Shown: positions 45,965-55,516 of the stretch, piece by piece | How the letters are laid out: each line of letters opens with the position of its first letter | Position numbering within the stretch: position 1 is the first letter of the stretch | Virus record (IMG/VR): IMGVR_UViG_3300005613_000001 | Location: 186,001 to 250,000 of that record | DNA: 64,000 nt | Strand: one strand, 5' to 3' | The notes under the pieces: model-generated | Databases searched by the model: none | Told to the model about the DNA's origin: nothing | What the model saw: the letters and a program-made list of their open reading frames with translations, nothing else | Position numbers and translations under genes: made by a program

Positions 45965-46690
45965 TTATCTCTCCAATCTTACTTTCTTGTTAATTCTAAT
46001 CTTGTCTAACGTCTCATAACCGGGCCAGCCCAAAACACAATCTGCGAAGCCGTAATAAACAGCTTTCTCGGCATCCAACCACCAATCGCCACGCTCTTGC
46101 ATCTTCCTTGCCAAAAATGCCATCACTTTATCTTCAGTAAGTGTTTTATAGCGATTCTGAAAGTGTTCCCCATTTATACACCTTTTCGCATAAATACGCA
46201 ACATTCTTTCTGCTGCTTTTTTAGAAGCTTCTGCTGCGGACATATATGCTAAATAATGATCTTCATTTCCCTCAGAACCATAATGAATCATAAAATCCGA
46301 GTCAGGCATCATCACTCTTTTGCTAGCCGCCTGTAAAATTAAACTACTCATTGAACGAGCATGAGCATATGCTAGGATAGTCACAGGTGATTTAGCGAAT
46401 TCAATCGCATTATACATCCCCATCCCATCATTCCAGTTGCCGCCGAAGGTATGCATGTGGACGAGAATATTGGCTTGCCCCTCTTGATCCAGAATACGCA
46501 TGTTCTTTTCAAAAGTCGTCGCCATTCTGTATTCAACGCCAGGCTCTTCACTATCACCTGATCCGTAGTACCCGTGGAGAAAAATCTCCCTGGTAAATAC
46601 GTTGACATTATGATGGTGAGCATCTGTTAAAATCTGCTCGATCTTAGACCCAGAGTGTTTCGGAGTTAATTTAGGGGGAGCCATAATCAC
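45965..46690 (-). CDS. clpP: ClpP-family serine protease
   Basis: HTFGG, ARSMSSLILQA (Ser), FMIH (His), DWWLDAEKAVYYGFAD. Confidence 0.8.
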   Translation of the reverse strand: MIMAPPKLTPKHSGSKIEQILTDAHHHNVNVFTREIFLHGYYGSGDSEEPGVEYRMATTFEKNMRILDQEGQANILVHMHTFGGNWNDGMGMYNAIEFAKSPVTILAYAHARSMSSLILQAASKRVMMPDSDFMIHYGSEGNEDHYLAYMSAAEASKKAAERMLRIYAKRCINGEHFQNRYKTLTEDKVMAFLARKMQERGDWWLDAEKAVYYGFADCVLGWPGYETLDKIRINKKVRLER

Positions 46691-46748
46691 CTTTAAATAG
46701 AACCTATTTAATGTAGTAGAGCCGCCCCAAAAGATTGCCTGACTTTAC

Positions 46749-48383
46749 CTATGTATTGGCTATGAAACGACTTACATTCGGCTCAGCCCATTTATTTTCG
46801 TACTCATCACGCGACATTACACGCACATTGTCTTCAGACTTGGGATCGTCACATATATAAACAATCTCCTGATTGTCACCGTCTCTTGTGGATAATAAAA
46901 CAGAGTTCTTCCAAATATTACAAATTGAAACCATAACGGCTCTTGCATAAGGCTCATGTAGTGGTCTGCCGTCCCATGTGTGTTCTAACAAAAATGTTCC
47001 ACGACCACGATGGTTTGGATCAACCAAACGAATATGAGGCTGTCCACCATTCAAATAACTCTTAAGAAGCTTCTTTTTAATTTGTTGATAATCCTTACTG
47101 ACTATGACATACTCGCCCTTTGGGGTTTTTTCCCACTCAAAGAATTCATTCTCATTACAAAAATCTTCTGTAAAGAATTCGGAAATAGCCATAAAGTCAT
47201 CATAGCACTTTCTGACTTCAAAAATCTTCTCTTTCCCTAAACCCAACTCTTTATCCCAATCTTCTCTTTCTTTTAAATTGTCACATGATTCGTACTCTTC
47301 TCCAAACCTTCCTTTATTCCACCTATCTTCTATATCTTGGAATATTTGGAATCCTAATTTGTATGGATTCAAAGAATACTTGCCACCCATAACCATCATT
47401 CTAGCCTTGGCATATTCTACTATACCGCAGTCTTCACCTTCCTGCCCCAAAGCTGCCATTCCGTTGCAAGCCAAAACTTCATAATCAACCTTAGAAGCCC
47501 AGCCCTCATTCATCATCTTGGTTCTAATTTGGGGAGAAAAATACTCCGCCTCCTCATGAAGCATGGCAATAATATCCGCCTGCCATTGTTTAAGGGGCGC
47601 ATTGTCTCTGAGATAGCCTAAAATATCTCGGGAAGGAGAAGTAAACAATTCTAATTGTTCGGCAATTTCAGCCTTCTTTATTCTCTCTTGCTCCTTCTTC
47701 TTCCACGCCTCCGTATTAATCCAATCTTCCATATAATCCCGTTCCTCATCAACTTTGAGGCGGCGGGCGTTATGGTATCTCCTTTTGTCTTTAAATTCTG
47801 TCTTCTTTTTATGCGTTTGCTTAGTTTTAGCAGGATCAATTAGATTCTCTAGCCTTAGAACATGATCAATAAACTCCATCACTCGTTCTTTGCCCCACCG
47901 AGCCATATACTTTCTAATTCTCATACCATTATTTGCCATTTTGTTCATCATATTAGTATCGGTATGAGAAAAATAAACATTGTTCTTGAAGAAGTCATTA
48001 TGTCCTAGAGCATGTGCAACCACCATCACATTATCAACAAAAGTATTACTGCTAAGACAATAGATGTAGCAAGGGTTGGTATTAATAACCAACTCCGCGA
48101 TACGGCGACTTCCAATGTCATATCCTCTTTGGAGTTCTTCGTATTCCATTCCAAATTTCCAGTGAGGATACCTAACAGGGAACCCATAATATGCTGCAAT
48201 TTCACTAATTTCGTCATCTCGCAACACTTCAACTACGGCAGGATAAAAGTCACAACCGTAATCCCTAACCCCTTGAAAAATCTTAGGGAGTTGTTTTTTA
48301 AGCTCTTCCGGCAAGCTTGCACCAGGAACAGTATTGTCCCCGATAAGCAATGACGATCCCATCAATGATCTTAAACTTGGCAT
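46749..48383 (-). CDS. spoVR: SpoVR (YcgB) family protein
   Basis: GFPVRYPHWKFG, AELVIN, VVAHALGHNDFF, MNEGWAS, NPYKLG. Confidence 0.92.
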   Translation of the reverse strand: MPSLRSLMGSSLLIGDNTVPGASLPEELKKQLPKIFQGVRDYGCDFYPAVVEVLRDDEISEIAAYYGFPVRYPHWKFGMEYEELQRGYDIGSRRIAELVINTNPCYIYCLSSNTFVDNVMVVAHALGHNDFFKNNVYFSHTDTNMMNKMANNGMRIRKYMARWGKERVMEFIDHVLRLENLIDPAKTKQTHKKKTEFKDKRRYHNARRLKVDEERDYMEDWINTEAWKKKEQERIKKAEIAEQLELFTSPSRDILGYLRDNAPLKQWQADIIAMLHEEAEYFSPQIRTKMMNEGWASKVDYEVLACNGMAALGQEGEDCGIVEYAKARMMVMGGKYSLNPYKLGFQIFQDIEDRWNKGRFGEEYESCDNLKEREDWDKELGLGKEKIFEVRKCYDDFMAISEFFTEDFCNENEFFEWEKTPKGEYVIVSKDYQQIKKKLLKSYLNGGQPHIRLVDPNHRGRGTFLLEHTWDGRPLHEPYARAVMVSICNIWKNSVLLSTRDGDNQEIVYICDDPKSEDNVRVMSRDEYENKWAEPNVSRFIANT

Positions 48384-49612
48384 TATAATCCCTGAACTTG
48401 AACTTTAATTTTTTGTCTCCCCAGAAGGTCTTTGATTGCCTTCTGGATTCCTTCATTTCTCTCATCTTCACTCATAGATGGAGAACCATACCCGAGCGTA
48501 AAGCCCTTCTGTTTTTCTTCAGGGCCGACTCCTGTAAGCCTCACTTGCTCCCCGTCTAAATAACCTTCTTCAACCTTCTTGTGTACAAACTGTTTTAAGC
48601 TGCCCTCGTAATTCCAAGGTAGAACTTGGGTTATTCCTACAAAATTGGCTATATTGGGAGGAAACTTCTCTTTGATAACTTGACAAAACCTATCATTATC
48701 ATTATCCCAATTTTCACCATCAGAAAAGTAAAATAGGTAAATGTTCCACTTCTCGGGAGGAAAACGATATTTTAATTGTTTAGCAATCAAACTTAATGCT
48801 GATGAGCATTTAGTCCCGCCTCCATAACGATACTTATAGAATTTCTCCTCATCTACCTCTTGAGCTTCTGTATCATGTACGAAGTAACACCGTTCTGTTT
48901 TCTTATAGAAACTACGAATCCAAACATCAATCCACCAAGACATATCAGATACAATATCACATTTAAAATCATTCATTGAGTATGAACAATCTCTTGCAAA
49001 AAAGATAACCGCATTGCTAGATGGCTTCTTCAACACTTTGTATTGCCTATACCTAAAATCGCTGTTTATAGGCGTAATCATCCTTACCTTTTCGACCATT
49101 CCAGGTATTGCGTGCAGCTTATCCGCCTCCCCTACTTGCACCAGCCTTTGATAAGCCTTCATGAGTGTGCGTTTCATATGTCGTAGAGAATGGGGGCCTG
49201 TTAATGAAATGTCATTATACTTATACTCAGTTTCCTCAAAGGTCTGATTTTCCTTTGGTTTAAGATTAGGAAGCTGAAGCTCATCTTGCATGAATTTTAA
49301 GATGTGTTCCAAATCAATTTGGAGTTCAATTCCTTCATTGTGTTGATCTCCTGGCTTGTTGCCTTTCCCTGGCTGTGGGTCACGACCAATCACATCTCCT
49401 GGTTTGCCGGGGCCTCTCCCAACCCCTATTTTATTATCCCCGTATTTAAACCGAGGAATAGCAATCCTATCGATTGGGATGCCAATTTTACCACCCTTAG
49501 CCCTTTGGCGAAATATTGTGCCTTTTGACATGTATTTGCGTATAGCTTTGCGGGCGCGACCTTCCACAACATCCCTAAAGTGTTTGTGGTCTTCTTCTAC
49601 TCTTCTTGGCAT
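48383..49612 (-). CDS. yeaH: YeaH/YhbH (DUF444) vWA-domain protein
   Basis: ELQLPNLKPK, RDCSYSM, GGGTKCSSA, WNIYLFYFSDGENW. Confidence 0.92.
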   Translation of the reverse strand: MPRRVEEDHKHFRDVVEGRARKAIRKYMSKGTIFRQRAKGGKIGIPIDRIAIPRFKYGDNKIGVGRGPGKPGDVIGRDPQPGKGNKPGDQHNEGIELQIDLEHILKFMQDELQLPNLKPKENQTFEETEYKYNDISLTGPHSLRHMKRTLMKAYQRLVQVGEADKLHAIPGMVEKVRMITPINSDFRYRQYKVLKKPSSNAVIFFARDCSYSMNDFKCDIVSDMSWWIDVWIRSFYKKTERCYFVHDTEAQEVDEEKFYKYRYGGGTKCSSALSLIAKQLKYRFPPEKWNIYLFYFSDGENWDNDNDRFCQVIKEKFPPNIANFVGITQVLPWNYEGSLKQFVHKKVEEGYLDGEQVRLTGVGPEEKQKGFTLGYGSPSMSEDERNEGIQKAIKDLLGRQKIKVQVQGL

Positions 49613-49626
49613 TTCCTTGTCCTTTT

Positions 49627-49690
49627 AAAAAAAGGGCGTGATCTCTCTGTATAATCAAGGATGAAATATAAAAATCGAGAGACCACGCCC
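49627..49690 (-). terminator. Large-loop hairpin with a U7 tract between prkA and yeaH
   Basis: GGGCGTG.TCTCTC / GAGAGA.CACGCCC stem followed by TTTTTTT on the minus strand. Confidence 0.55.
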
Positions 49691-49699
49691 AAACCCTAT

Positions 49700-51787
49700 C
49701 TATTCATCTTCTTCCGCTAAATTTCCCCTCGCAAAAATACTCCCAACATGATCCAATACATCGGAGGCAGACTTTTCATTGTAACCAAAATCTTTAATGA
49801 GCCTCGTCTTAATAGCATCGATCTTCTCTTGTAGGTCAGGATCAACAACAGCAGCACCGCTAACATTTAATGCACTCAACTTAATGTGATCCTTTGTATC
49901 CTCAAACAATTTAGCTTGAAGTGCTTTCTTGAGTTCGGGGTTGGAGTCCCAAGTGAATTTCTTCCCTTTATTCGCCAAATCACCCATGAACGCTGCTAAT
50001 GTAACTCTGAAGTCCTCAGCACCCGTACCTGGAATATTGATCTTCTCTTCAATGCTTCTCATCAACTGCTCATTGGGCTCTTCCTCCCTACCAGTATAAG
50101 GATTTAACACCTTTGATTCATTAATGGAAGCCATCATATTATCAATATAATTGCTGCACAATCTGACAATTGCAGTCTTATCCGACACAAGGGCTTTCTG
50201 AACTTCATTCTTCAATATATCATCCAATTCTTTAATAGCTAAATCAGCACATTCTACATATCGCTTCAACCTCTCTTTATCACTATACAAAGAATTGTGC
50301 TTCAAGCCTGATTTGAGTTCATTCATCACCATAAAGGGATTTACATAATCGTAATTATCACTCAGGCAATTGGAAATCTTATCCTGAACGTATCGGGCAC
50401 TAATCCCACCAACCATACCCTCTTCGTCCTGCTTCTCCTTAATTTCCTTAACCTTATCCTCAGTCCATCCAGGCATAGCCCGACCGTCGTATAATTTGAC
50501 CTTCTTGACCAAATCGCCAATCTCCTCATTATCTTTGAGGCGGCTTAAAATGGCGAATAAGCCCGCAATTTCCAAGGTATGTGGAGCCACATGCTGCTTT
50601 ACTTTGCCTTCGCCATAATCCTGTTCATAGACCTTCATCTCCTGTGACCATTCAAGCAGATAAGGCACATCAATCTTAAAGGTTCGGTCACGCAACGCCT
50701 CCATAAATTGATCTTCCTGCAATTTAACAAATTCAGGATTATTGGTGTGCCCAAGAAGAACTGTATCAATACCAATCTGGGGGAATTTCTTAGGCTTGAT
50801 TTGCTGCTCTTGGGTAGCACCTAACAAGTCATAAAGGAATTCTTTTTGAAGCTTTAAGATTTCAATGAACTCCACCATTCCCCTAGAACCAACACAAAAT
50901 TCCCCATCAAAATTAAATGCTCGGGGATCGGAGTCACTACCAAAGTGGGCAATCTTGCTCCAATTGATATCTCCGGTTAGTTCCGTGGAGTCTTGATTTT
51001 TTTCATCCTTGGGCTGGAAGGTTGCAATGCCCACACGATCAGCTTCCGAGTGTACCTTTCTAATCACCCTAATGTGACCGTCTAACACTTTTTGAAGATC
51101 GCCATTGTAACGGTTCAATAATTCCTTCATGTACTTCTTACACCGGGGATTTAACGAACCCATAATCCTCAAACCATAAAGCCCAATCCTGTCTTCCTCA
51201 GGGGTTAATTCATGCAAGCGATTATTCAATCCACCCAAAACCTCTTGTTGTAATTCCGCAGGGAGCAACTTCAAAGGTTCATCGTTCATTGGGCATTCAT
51301 CTACATCATTTGTAGCAATGCCCTTCTGTCCCGTAGGAAGATCAACCCACTTAAATGTATACCAAGCCCCATCATCCGTGCGGGAGTATCTTTCTAACCC
51401 TCTTTTTAAGAGGCGGCAGATAGTGGATTTTGAAGACCCAACAGGTCCGTGGAAAAGTAAAATTCTTTTCTCAGGACCATACCCCCCAGCAGCACCACGA
51501 ATGAATCTAACAAAATTATTTAAAGTTTCCTCAAGTCCAAAAATGGGGATCTCTGGATCGTCAAAGAAGTGATAATTGGTATATGTGTGACGATACTTCT
51601 GAAACTTAGAAGTCCCCCCTGCCATTATCATGTCGTATATTCTTTGGTAGGCTGTGCGGATAAGGCGGGGTCGGTCATTCACCCGATTAAGGTACTCAGA
51701 GAATGACATCTCCTCATTCAACGCACAAAACTGTTCTCGATTAAATTTGCCAAGTAGTTGCGAATAGCTGTTATTTTCAGGTTCCAT
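49700..51787 (-). CDS. prkA: PrkA/YeaG AAA+ serine kinase-like ATPase
   Basis: LFHGPVGSSKST, DPRAFNFDGE, EFIEILK, LLGHTNNPEF, EALRDR, GISARY. Confidence 0.93.
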   Translation of the reverse strand: MEPENNSYSQLLGKFNREQFCALNEEMSFSEYLNRVNDRPRLIRTAYQRIYDMIMAGGTSKFQKYRHTYTNYHFFDDPEIPIFGLEETLNNFVRFIRGAAGGYGPEKRILLFHGPVGSSKSTICRLLKRGLERYSRTDDGAWYTFKWVDLPTGQKGIATNDVDECPMNDEPLKLLPAELQQEVLGGLNNRLHELTPEEDRIGLYGLRIMGSLNPRCKKYMKELLNRYNGDLQKVLDGHIRVIRKVHSEADRVGIATFQPKDEKNQDSTELTGDINWSKIAHFGSDSDPRAFNFDGEFCVGSRGMVEFIEILKLQKEFLYDLLGATQEQQIKPKKFPQIGIDTVLLGHTNNPEFVKLQEDQFMEALRDRTFKIDVPYLLEWSQEMKVYEQDYGEGKVKQHVAPHTLEIAGLFAILSRLKDNEEIGDLVKKVKLYDGRAMPGWTEDKVKEIKEKQDEEGMVGGISARYVQDKISNCLSDNYDYVNPFMVMNELKSGLKHNSLYSDKERLKRYVECADLAIKELDDILKNEVQKALVSDKTAIVRLCSNYIDNMMASINESKVLNPYTGREEEPNEQLMRSIEEKINIPGTGAEDFRVTLAAFMGDLANKGKKFTWDSNPELKKALQAKLFEDTKDHIKLSALNVSGAAVVDPDLQEKIDAIKTRLIKDFGYNEKSASDVLDHVGSIFARGNLAEEDE

Positions 51788-51822
51788 ATTTATATCCTTG
51801 TTAGTGGGGCTTCAACAACCGG

Positions 51823-51851
51823 ATTATATTAAAATAATAGGGTTAGGTCAA
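51823..51851 (-). promoter_or_regulatory. Sigma-70-type promoter for the prkA-yeaH-spoVR operon
   Basis: TTGACC-17 nt-TATAAT on the minus strand. Confidence 0.75.
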
Positions 51852-51856
51852 GAATA

Positions 51857-52195
51857 TTATTTAACTTCTCCAAAATGTTTGCCGCTGGAGATGTCATCTA
51901 TGTTGTTATATGGGGTTGGACCTACGTGTGACAACTCTTCGGCCATTTTTCGTTGATCTCTTACACCACCATCTTTTTCCATTTGGTGATGGTAACGAAG
52001 ATCATGAGAAGCTGCGTATTTTTTAGTGCCTTCGGGGTTGGTGAAGGTCATCGTACACGCAGAAACCTTAAGAATTTTTGCTTTAGAATTACATTCAGGA
52101 CAACAAACTTTAGAATACTTGCCAGTTTCATCATAAGCAGCCAACTCTTCATAGTCATTGTCGCATTTCTTGCATTTAAACTCATACATCGGCAT
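51857..52195 (-). CDS. FmdB-family zinc-ribbon protein
   Basis: MPMYEFKCKKC...CPECNS. Confidence 0.8.
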   Translation of the reverse strand: MPMYEFKCKKCDNDYEELAAYDETGKYSKVCCPECNSKAKILKVSACTMTFTNPEGTKKYAASHDLRYHHQMEKDGGVRDQRKMAEELSHVGPTPYNNIDDISSGKHFGEVK

Positions 52196-52493
52196 TTTTC
52201 TTGTCCTTTTCCTTCACTTCTATAAGCAATTTATCAAACACCATATACGCCTTGCCAATCATTCTTAACTTGGTTTTAAAAGAGTAGAATCTCCACCAAA
52301 TAGACTTCTCTAACATTTTAATTGATGTTTGAAGTAGCTTTAAATTCAAATTATTTTCCTCTATCTCTAGCTGCATCGCGTGGAGAAGTTCTTCTTTATA
52401 CCCTTCTTCATCTAAAAATTCCCCCTCATCATCAAAAAACCTATCAACCTCATGCCTAAATTCATCATTATCTTCATAATCAAAATTTCTCAT
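52182..52493 (-). CDS. Hypothetical protein
   Basis: Probable start ATG 52493. Confidence 0.5.
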   Translation of the reverse strand: MRNFDYEDNDEFRHEVDRFFDDEGEFLDEEGYKEELLHAMQLEIEENNLNLKLLQTSIKMLEKSIWWRFYSFKTKLRMIGKAYMVFDKLLIEVKEKDKKNADV

Positions 52494-52495
52494 GT

Positions 52496-52993
52496 TTATC
52501 CTATCATTGAATAGATGGGGTACAACTTTCTCCACAATTCTAATATCTTCCATTCATTCACTGCCATGCTTTCCTTCCGAAAGTTCGCCACCCGGATAAA
52601 GGGAGCCTCAATGCTATTTATCCATTCGGCTAATATAAAATTACCGCATCTCTCATTATAACGCGCAAAGGTAGCAACCTCATCAGATGTGGCTTCACAA
52701 ACCTCAAACCCCCTCCACTCCCTCACGGCCATCGTATCACAATTTATTTCATAGTCATATTCATGAGTGGCAGTAGGATTAACATAATAAAATTCTAACT
52801 CAAGCTTGACACACCATTTAAACAATTCTATTGGAGAAGATTTTGATTTATCACACAAAATCATAAACTTGGCATCAGGAAGGTTTTTTAATAAAGAATA
52901 CCACGACGCCATAACCATCCAGTTATGATGGGGTAAATAGTTACACTTAATCGCAATGGTAACACCATCCCCTGTCGGGCTAATTTGCTTCAT
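52496..52993 (-). CDS. Hypothetical protein
   Basis: ORF in operon. Confidence 0.55.
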   Translation of the reverse strand: MKQISPTGDGVTIAIKCNYLPHHNWMVMASWYSLLKNLPDAKFMILCDKSKSSPIELFKWCVKLELEFYYVNPTATHEYDYEINCDTMAVREWRGFEVCEATSDEVATFARYNERCGNFILAEWINSIEAPFIRVANFRKESMAVNEWKILELWRKLYPIYSMIG

Positions 52994-52994
52994 A

Positions 52995-53204
52995 CTACAG
53001 CATTACTTCCTCGCCGGTTTCAGAATCAACAATGATAAAATTATCTTTGAAATCATACCAGCCTTTTAATTTCAAATATTCATGGAAATCTTCCATTGAT
53101 GCTTTTAAGTCCTTTATATTGTTACCAACAACATACGGAACGCCAGTTTGAGGGTGGCTTAAAGTCTGTCCCGTTTCCCTATTAAATAAAATATAAGTGG
53201 TCAT
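52995..53204 (-). CDS. Hypothetical protein
   Basis: 4-nt overlap coupling. Confidence 0.55.
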   Translation of the reverse strand: MTTYILFNRETGQTLSHPQTGVPYVVGNNIKDLKASMEDFHEYLKLKGWYDFKDNFIIVDSETGEEVML

Positions 53205-53416
53205 TTGCTTATATCTAAAGTAGTGTTGGGCGGGCGTTTTACCTTATAGAGAACGCCTGGTTTGCCAGAAATGGGATTAGGATTAGGCATAGCAGCCTTG
53301 GGGCTAACCGGCCCAGAGGGGTTGGCAGGCTTGAGAGTGACAGGGCTAGTAAGAGATATGTTCCTCTTACCGCCTCTATTATCTTTTTCTAAGAGAAATT
53401 GCCGAAATGTCTTCAT
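53201..53416 (-). CDS. Small basic Pro-rich protein with a capsid-targeting-like N-terminus
   Basis: MKTFRQFLLE start. Confidence 0.6.
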   Translation of the reverse strand: MKTFRQFLLEKDNRGGKRNISLTSPVTLKPANPSGPVSPKAAMPNPNPISGKPGVLYKVKRPPNTTLDISK

Positions 53417-53727
53417 TTTACCTTCATCTTCTTCATCTTTTTCTTCATCATCATGCGGTCGCCCTCTTCCTCTTCAGCGGTTTTAGCAATAGCAGAAACA
53501 GCCTGTTTGGGAGCCACTGTTCCACCTGTATTATCCACTGCTACTTTAGCGGCTTTTGCTACTACCGTAGGATCTTGCAGCTTATCTGCCACTGTTTGTC
53601 CGGGGTTAAGATTTTTGCCTGTCAGAACCGAGTTCACCGCACCCGCCGCTGCTTTATTGGCTTGACGAGTCACTAATGGAGACATATTCTCTAATTTCTC
53701 TTTATACCACTCTCTAAATGTTTTCAT
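53413..53727 (-). CDS. Ala-rich protein with a capsid-targeting-like N-terminus and K/M tail
   Basis: MKTFREWYKE start at ATG 53727; TAAATA at 53733-53738; MMMKKKMKKMK tail. Confidence 0.6.
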   Translation of the reverse strand: MKTFREWYKEKLENMSPLVTRQANKAAAGAVNSVLTGKNLNPGQTVADKLQDPTVVAKAAKVAVDNTGGTVAPKQAVSAIAKTAEEEEGDRMMMKKKMKKMKVK

Positions 53728-53735
53728 ATTTCTAT

Positions 53736-53999
53736 TTAGCACTCTATAAGCTGTTCTTCTCCATCAATCTCACACAAAAGGACATGACACCCGGCAGTCG
53801 TGAAATGCTTGCCAAATATCTTAATTCTCCCAGAATGGCACTTTCTATGGCATGTGGCGCAAGCGGTCACCGTATTCCCTTTCGTATATTTACCGCCTTC
53901 TTCGCCAGGAATAATTCTATGCGTGTCAAGCAGATTATAGTCATCCTCGCCACAAAAGCAGCACTCTTTATCCACTCTCTTTTTGCTTTTCTTATCCAC
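53736..53999 (-). CDS. Small HNH endonuclease
   Basis: CCFCG, DTHRII, GGKYTKGNTVTACATCHRKCH. Confidence 0.8.
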   Translation of the reverse strand: MDKKSKKRVDKECCFCGEDDYNLLDTHRIIPGEEGGKYTKGNTVTACATCHRKCHSGRIKIFGKHFTTAGCHVLLCEIDGEEQLIEC

Positions 54000-54037
54000 A
54001 TCTCTAATATAGTTACTTTTATAATATGGAGGTAAAA

Positions 54038-54463
54038 ATGACTGTTACATTTAAGAAAAAATTCGTATGGAAAGTAAATGCAAAAAAAGAGGGCAAAGTC
54101 CTTTTTAAAGAATTTTGTAAAGTGCTAGCACGGCCAAATATCAAAATTGAAGAAGTAGAAATTAATGATGAATGGATTCCAGGCAAAGCAGAATGGGAAC
54201 ATATCAGCATCAAAATTCAAGATATCCCTCCCGACCATGATTCACACTTAACTAGCGAATTAAAAAATGCAGATGAAGTAGAATTGGAAATGTATGGCGG
54301 AGATGGCTCCCTGTTTGAAAAATGGAGTCTTAAAAATGATCTAGAAATAATTGATTGTCAATACACTCCCTATCTTGATGATATTGATGATCGAGGCGAG
54401 ATAACATATACTATTAAATACAACGACTGTTCTTACATACATAAAAATGGGTTTAAGACATGA
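54038..54463 (+). CDS. T4 gp19-like tail-tube paralog
   Basis: ARPNIKIEEVEIN, WIPGKAEWEHISI, LEMYGGDG...EKWSL, ITYTIKY; GGAGG RBS supports ATG 54038. Confidence 0.55.
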   Translation: MTVTFKKKFVWKVNAKKEGKVLFKEFCKVLARPNIKIEEVEINDEWIPGKAEWEHISIKIQDIPPDHDSHLTSELKNADEVELEMYGGDGSLFEKWSLKNDLEIIDCQYTPYLDDIDDRGEITYTIKYNDCSYIHKNGFKT

Positions 54464-54984
54464 AATTGCATTTAGGATGTGGAAGAAAGCATTTAGAGGG
54501 ATGGGCAAATGTTGATGTGAACCCTAAAGCCAATCCCGACATTTGTTTAGATTTAAATGATGAATGGCCGTGGGATGATAATAGCGTAGATGAAGTCTAT
54601 TGCAATCATGTTTTAGAACACTTCACTCCCAGAGAATATCTTAAAATACTAGGCAAGATGTATAGAGTGTGCAAACATGCAGCCATTTTAAGAATCAATG
54701 TCCCATATGTGTCTAATTCTAGATATAATCAAGTCAATCCCTATCACCTAACACATTTCAATGAATTCTCTTTTCATTTCTTCGATAGTAAAAAAATGAA
54801 AAAGGGACCATATCACTCTCAAACAGAAATAGAACTTAAAGAAAAGTCAATAGAACTTGTTTATTTCCCAGAGTGGAGAAACAAACCAGAAGATAAGAAA
54901 ACCCACGCACGCAAACACTACTGGAATGTGGTTAAAGAAATAAAATTTGTCTTAGAAGTGGTAAAGAATTTTGGTGATAAATAA
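54460..54984 (+). CDS. SAM-dependent methyltransferase (Methyltransf_11-like)
   Basis: KLHLGCG, NVDV, DEVYCNHVLEHF, INVP. Confidence 0.8.
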   Translation: MKLHLGCGRKHLEGWANVDVNPKANPDICLDLNDEWPWDDNSVDEVYCNHVLEHFTPREYLKILGKMYRVCKHAAILRINVPYVSNSRYNQVNPYHLTHFNEFSFHFFDSKKMKKGPYHSQTEIELKEKSIELVYFPEWRNKPEDKKTHARKHYWNVVKEIKFVLEVVKNFGDK

Positions 54985-55020
54985 CCATATATAAAGTAGA
55001 ACTTTAGGAAAGGAGTTTCC

Positions 55021-55218
55021 ATGTATAAAAGTTTAATTGCTTGTATAGGCGCAATGGCTCTAGTTGTAGCCATCGGTTGTTGCCCCGCCACTCAAACCTC
55101 CGTGTTTGAAGAAGAGGGTGTCAATGAAGGGCAAACCAGTGAAATTGAAAAACAATTTAAACCGGAATTCTGCCCGGATGATAGAGAAGATTGTGAAAGA
55201 GATTGCTGCCCTAAGTAG
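55021..55218 (+). CDS. Small secreted or lipoprotein-like Cys-rich protein
   Basis: Signal peptide ending AIGC; AAGGAG RBS; TATATA 54988-54993. Confidence 0.5.
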   Translation: MYKSLIACIGAMALVVAIGCCPATQTSVFEEEGVNEGQTSEIEKQFKPEFCPDDREDCERDCCPK

Positions 55219-55249
55219 TCTTAAAAACGTTTTCTAATAAATGCTGGTG

Positions 55250-55498
55250 TTAGGGAGTTCCCTCATCAGCATTTTCCGTTTCTAGCCACTCTCTAAAGGC
55301 TAATTGTGCAAACATATTGAGCGATCTATTGGGATTATCAAGAAGCTTCTTCATTTCCTTTTGTCCTGCCGTCCCTGAAAGCTTTTTCCATGCTTTCTTC
55401 CGTGCAGCGCGACTATACCTCTTAAATGAAGGCTTTAAGGCATGTGCCATATCTAAGATAGCACTGCGGATATTGGTGTCTACGCTTTTACGTTTCAT
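55250..55498 (-). CDS. Hypothetical basic protein
   Basis: 82-aa ORF divergent from 55517. Confidence 0.5.
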   Translation of the reverse strand: MKRKSVDTNIRSAILDMAHALKPSFKRYSRAARKKAWKKLSGTAGQKEMKKLLDNPNRSLNMFAQLAFREWLETENADEGTP

Positions 55499-55505
55499 AA
55501 TACCC

Positions 55506-55511
55506 TATATA
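55506..55511. promoter_or_regulatory. Palindromic TATATA box between divergent genes, putative bidirectional late promoter
   Basis: The 18-nt gap between two ATGs contains essentially only this motif. Confidence 0.5.
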
Positions 55512-55516
55512 CTAAA

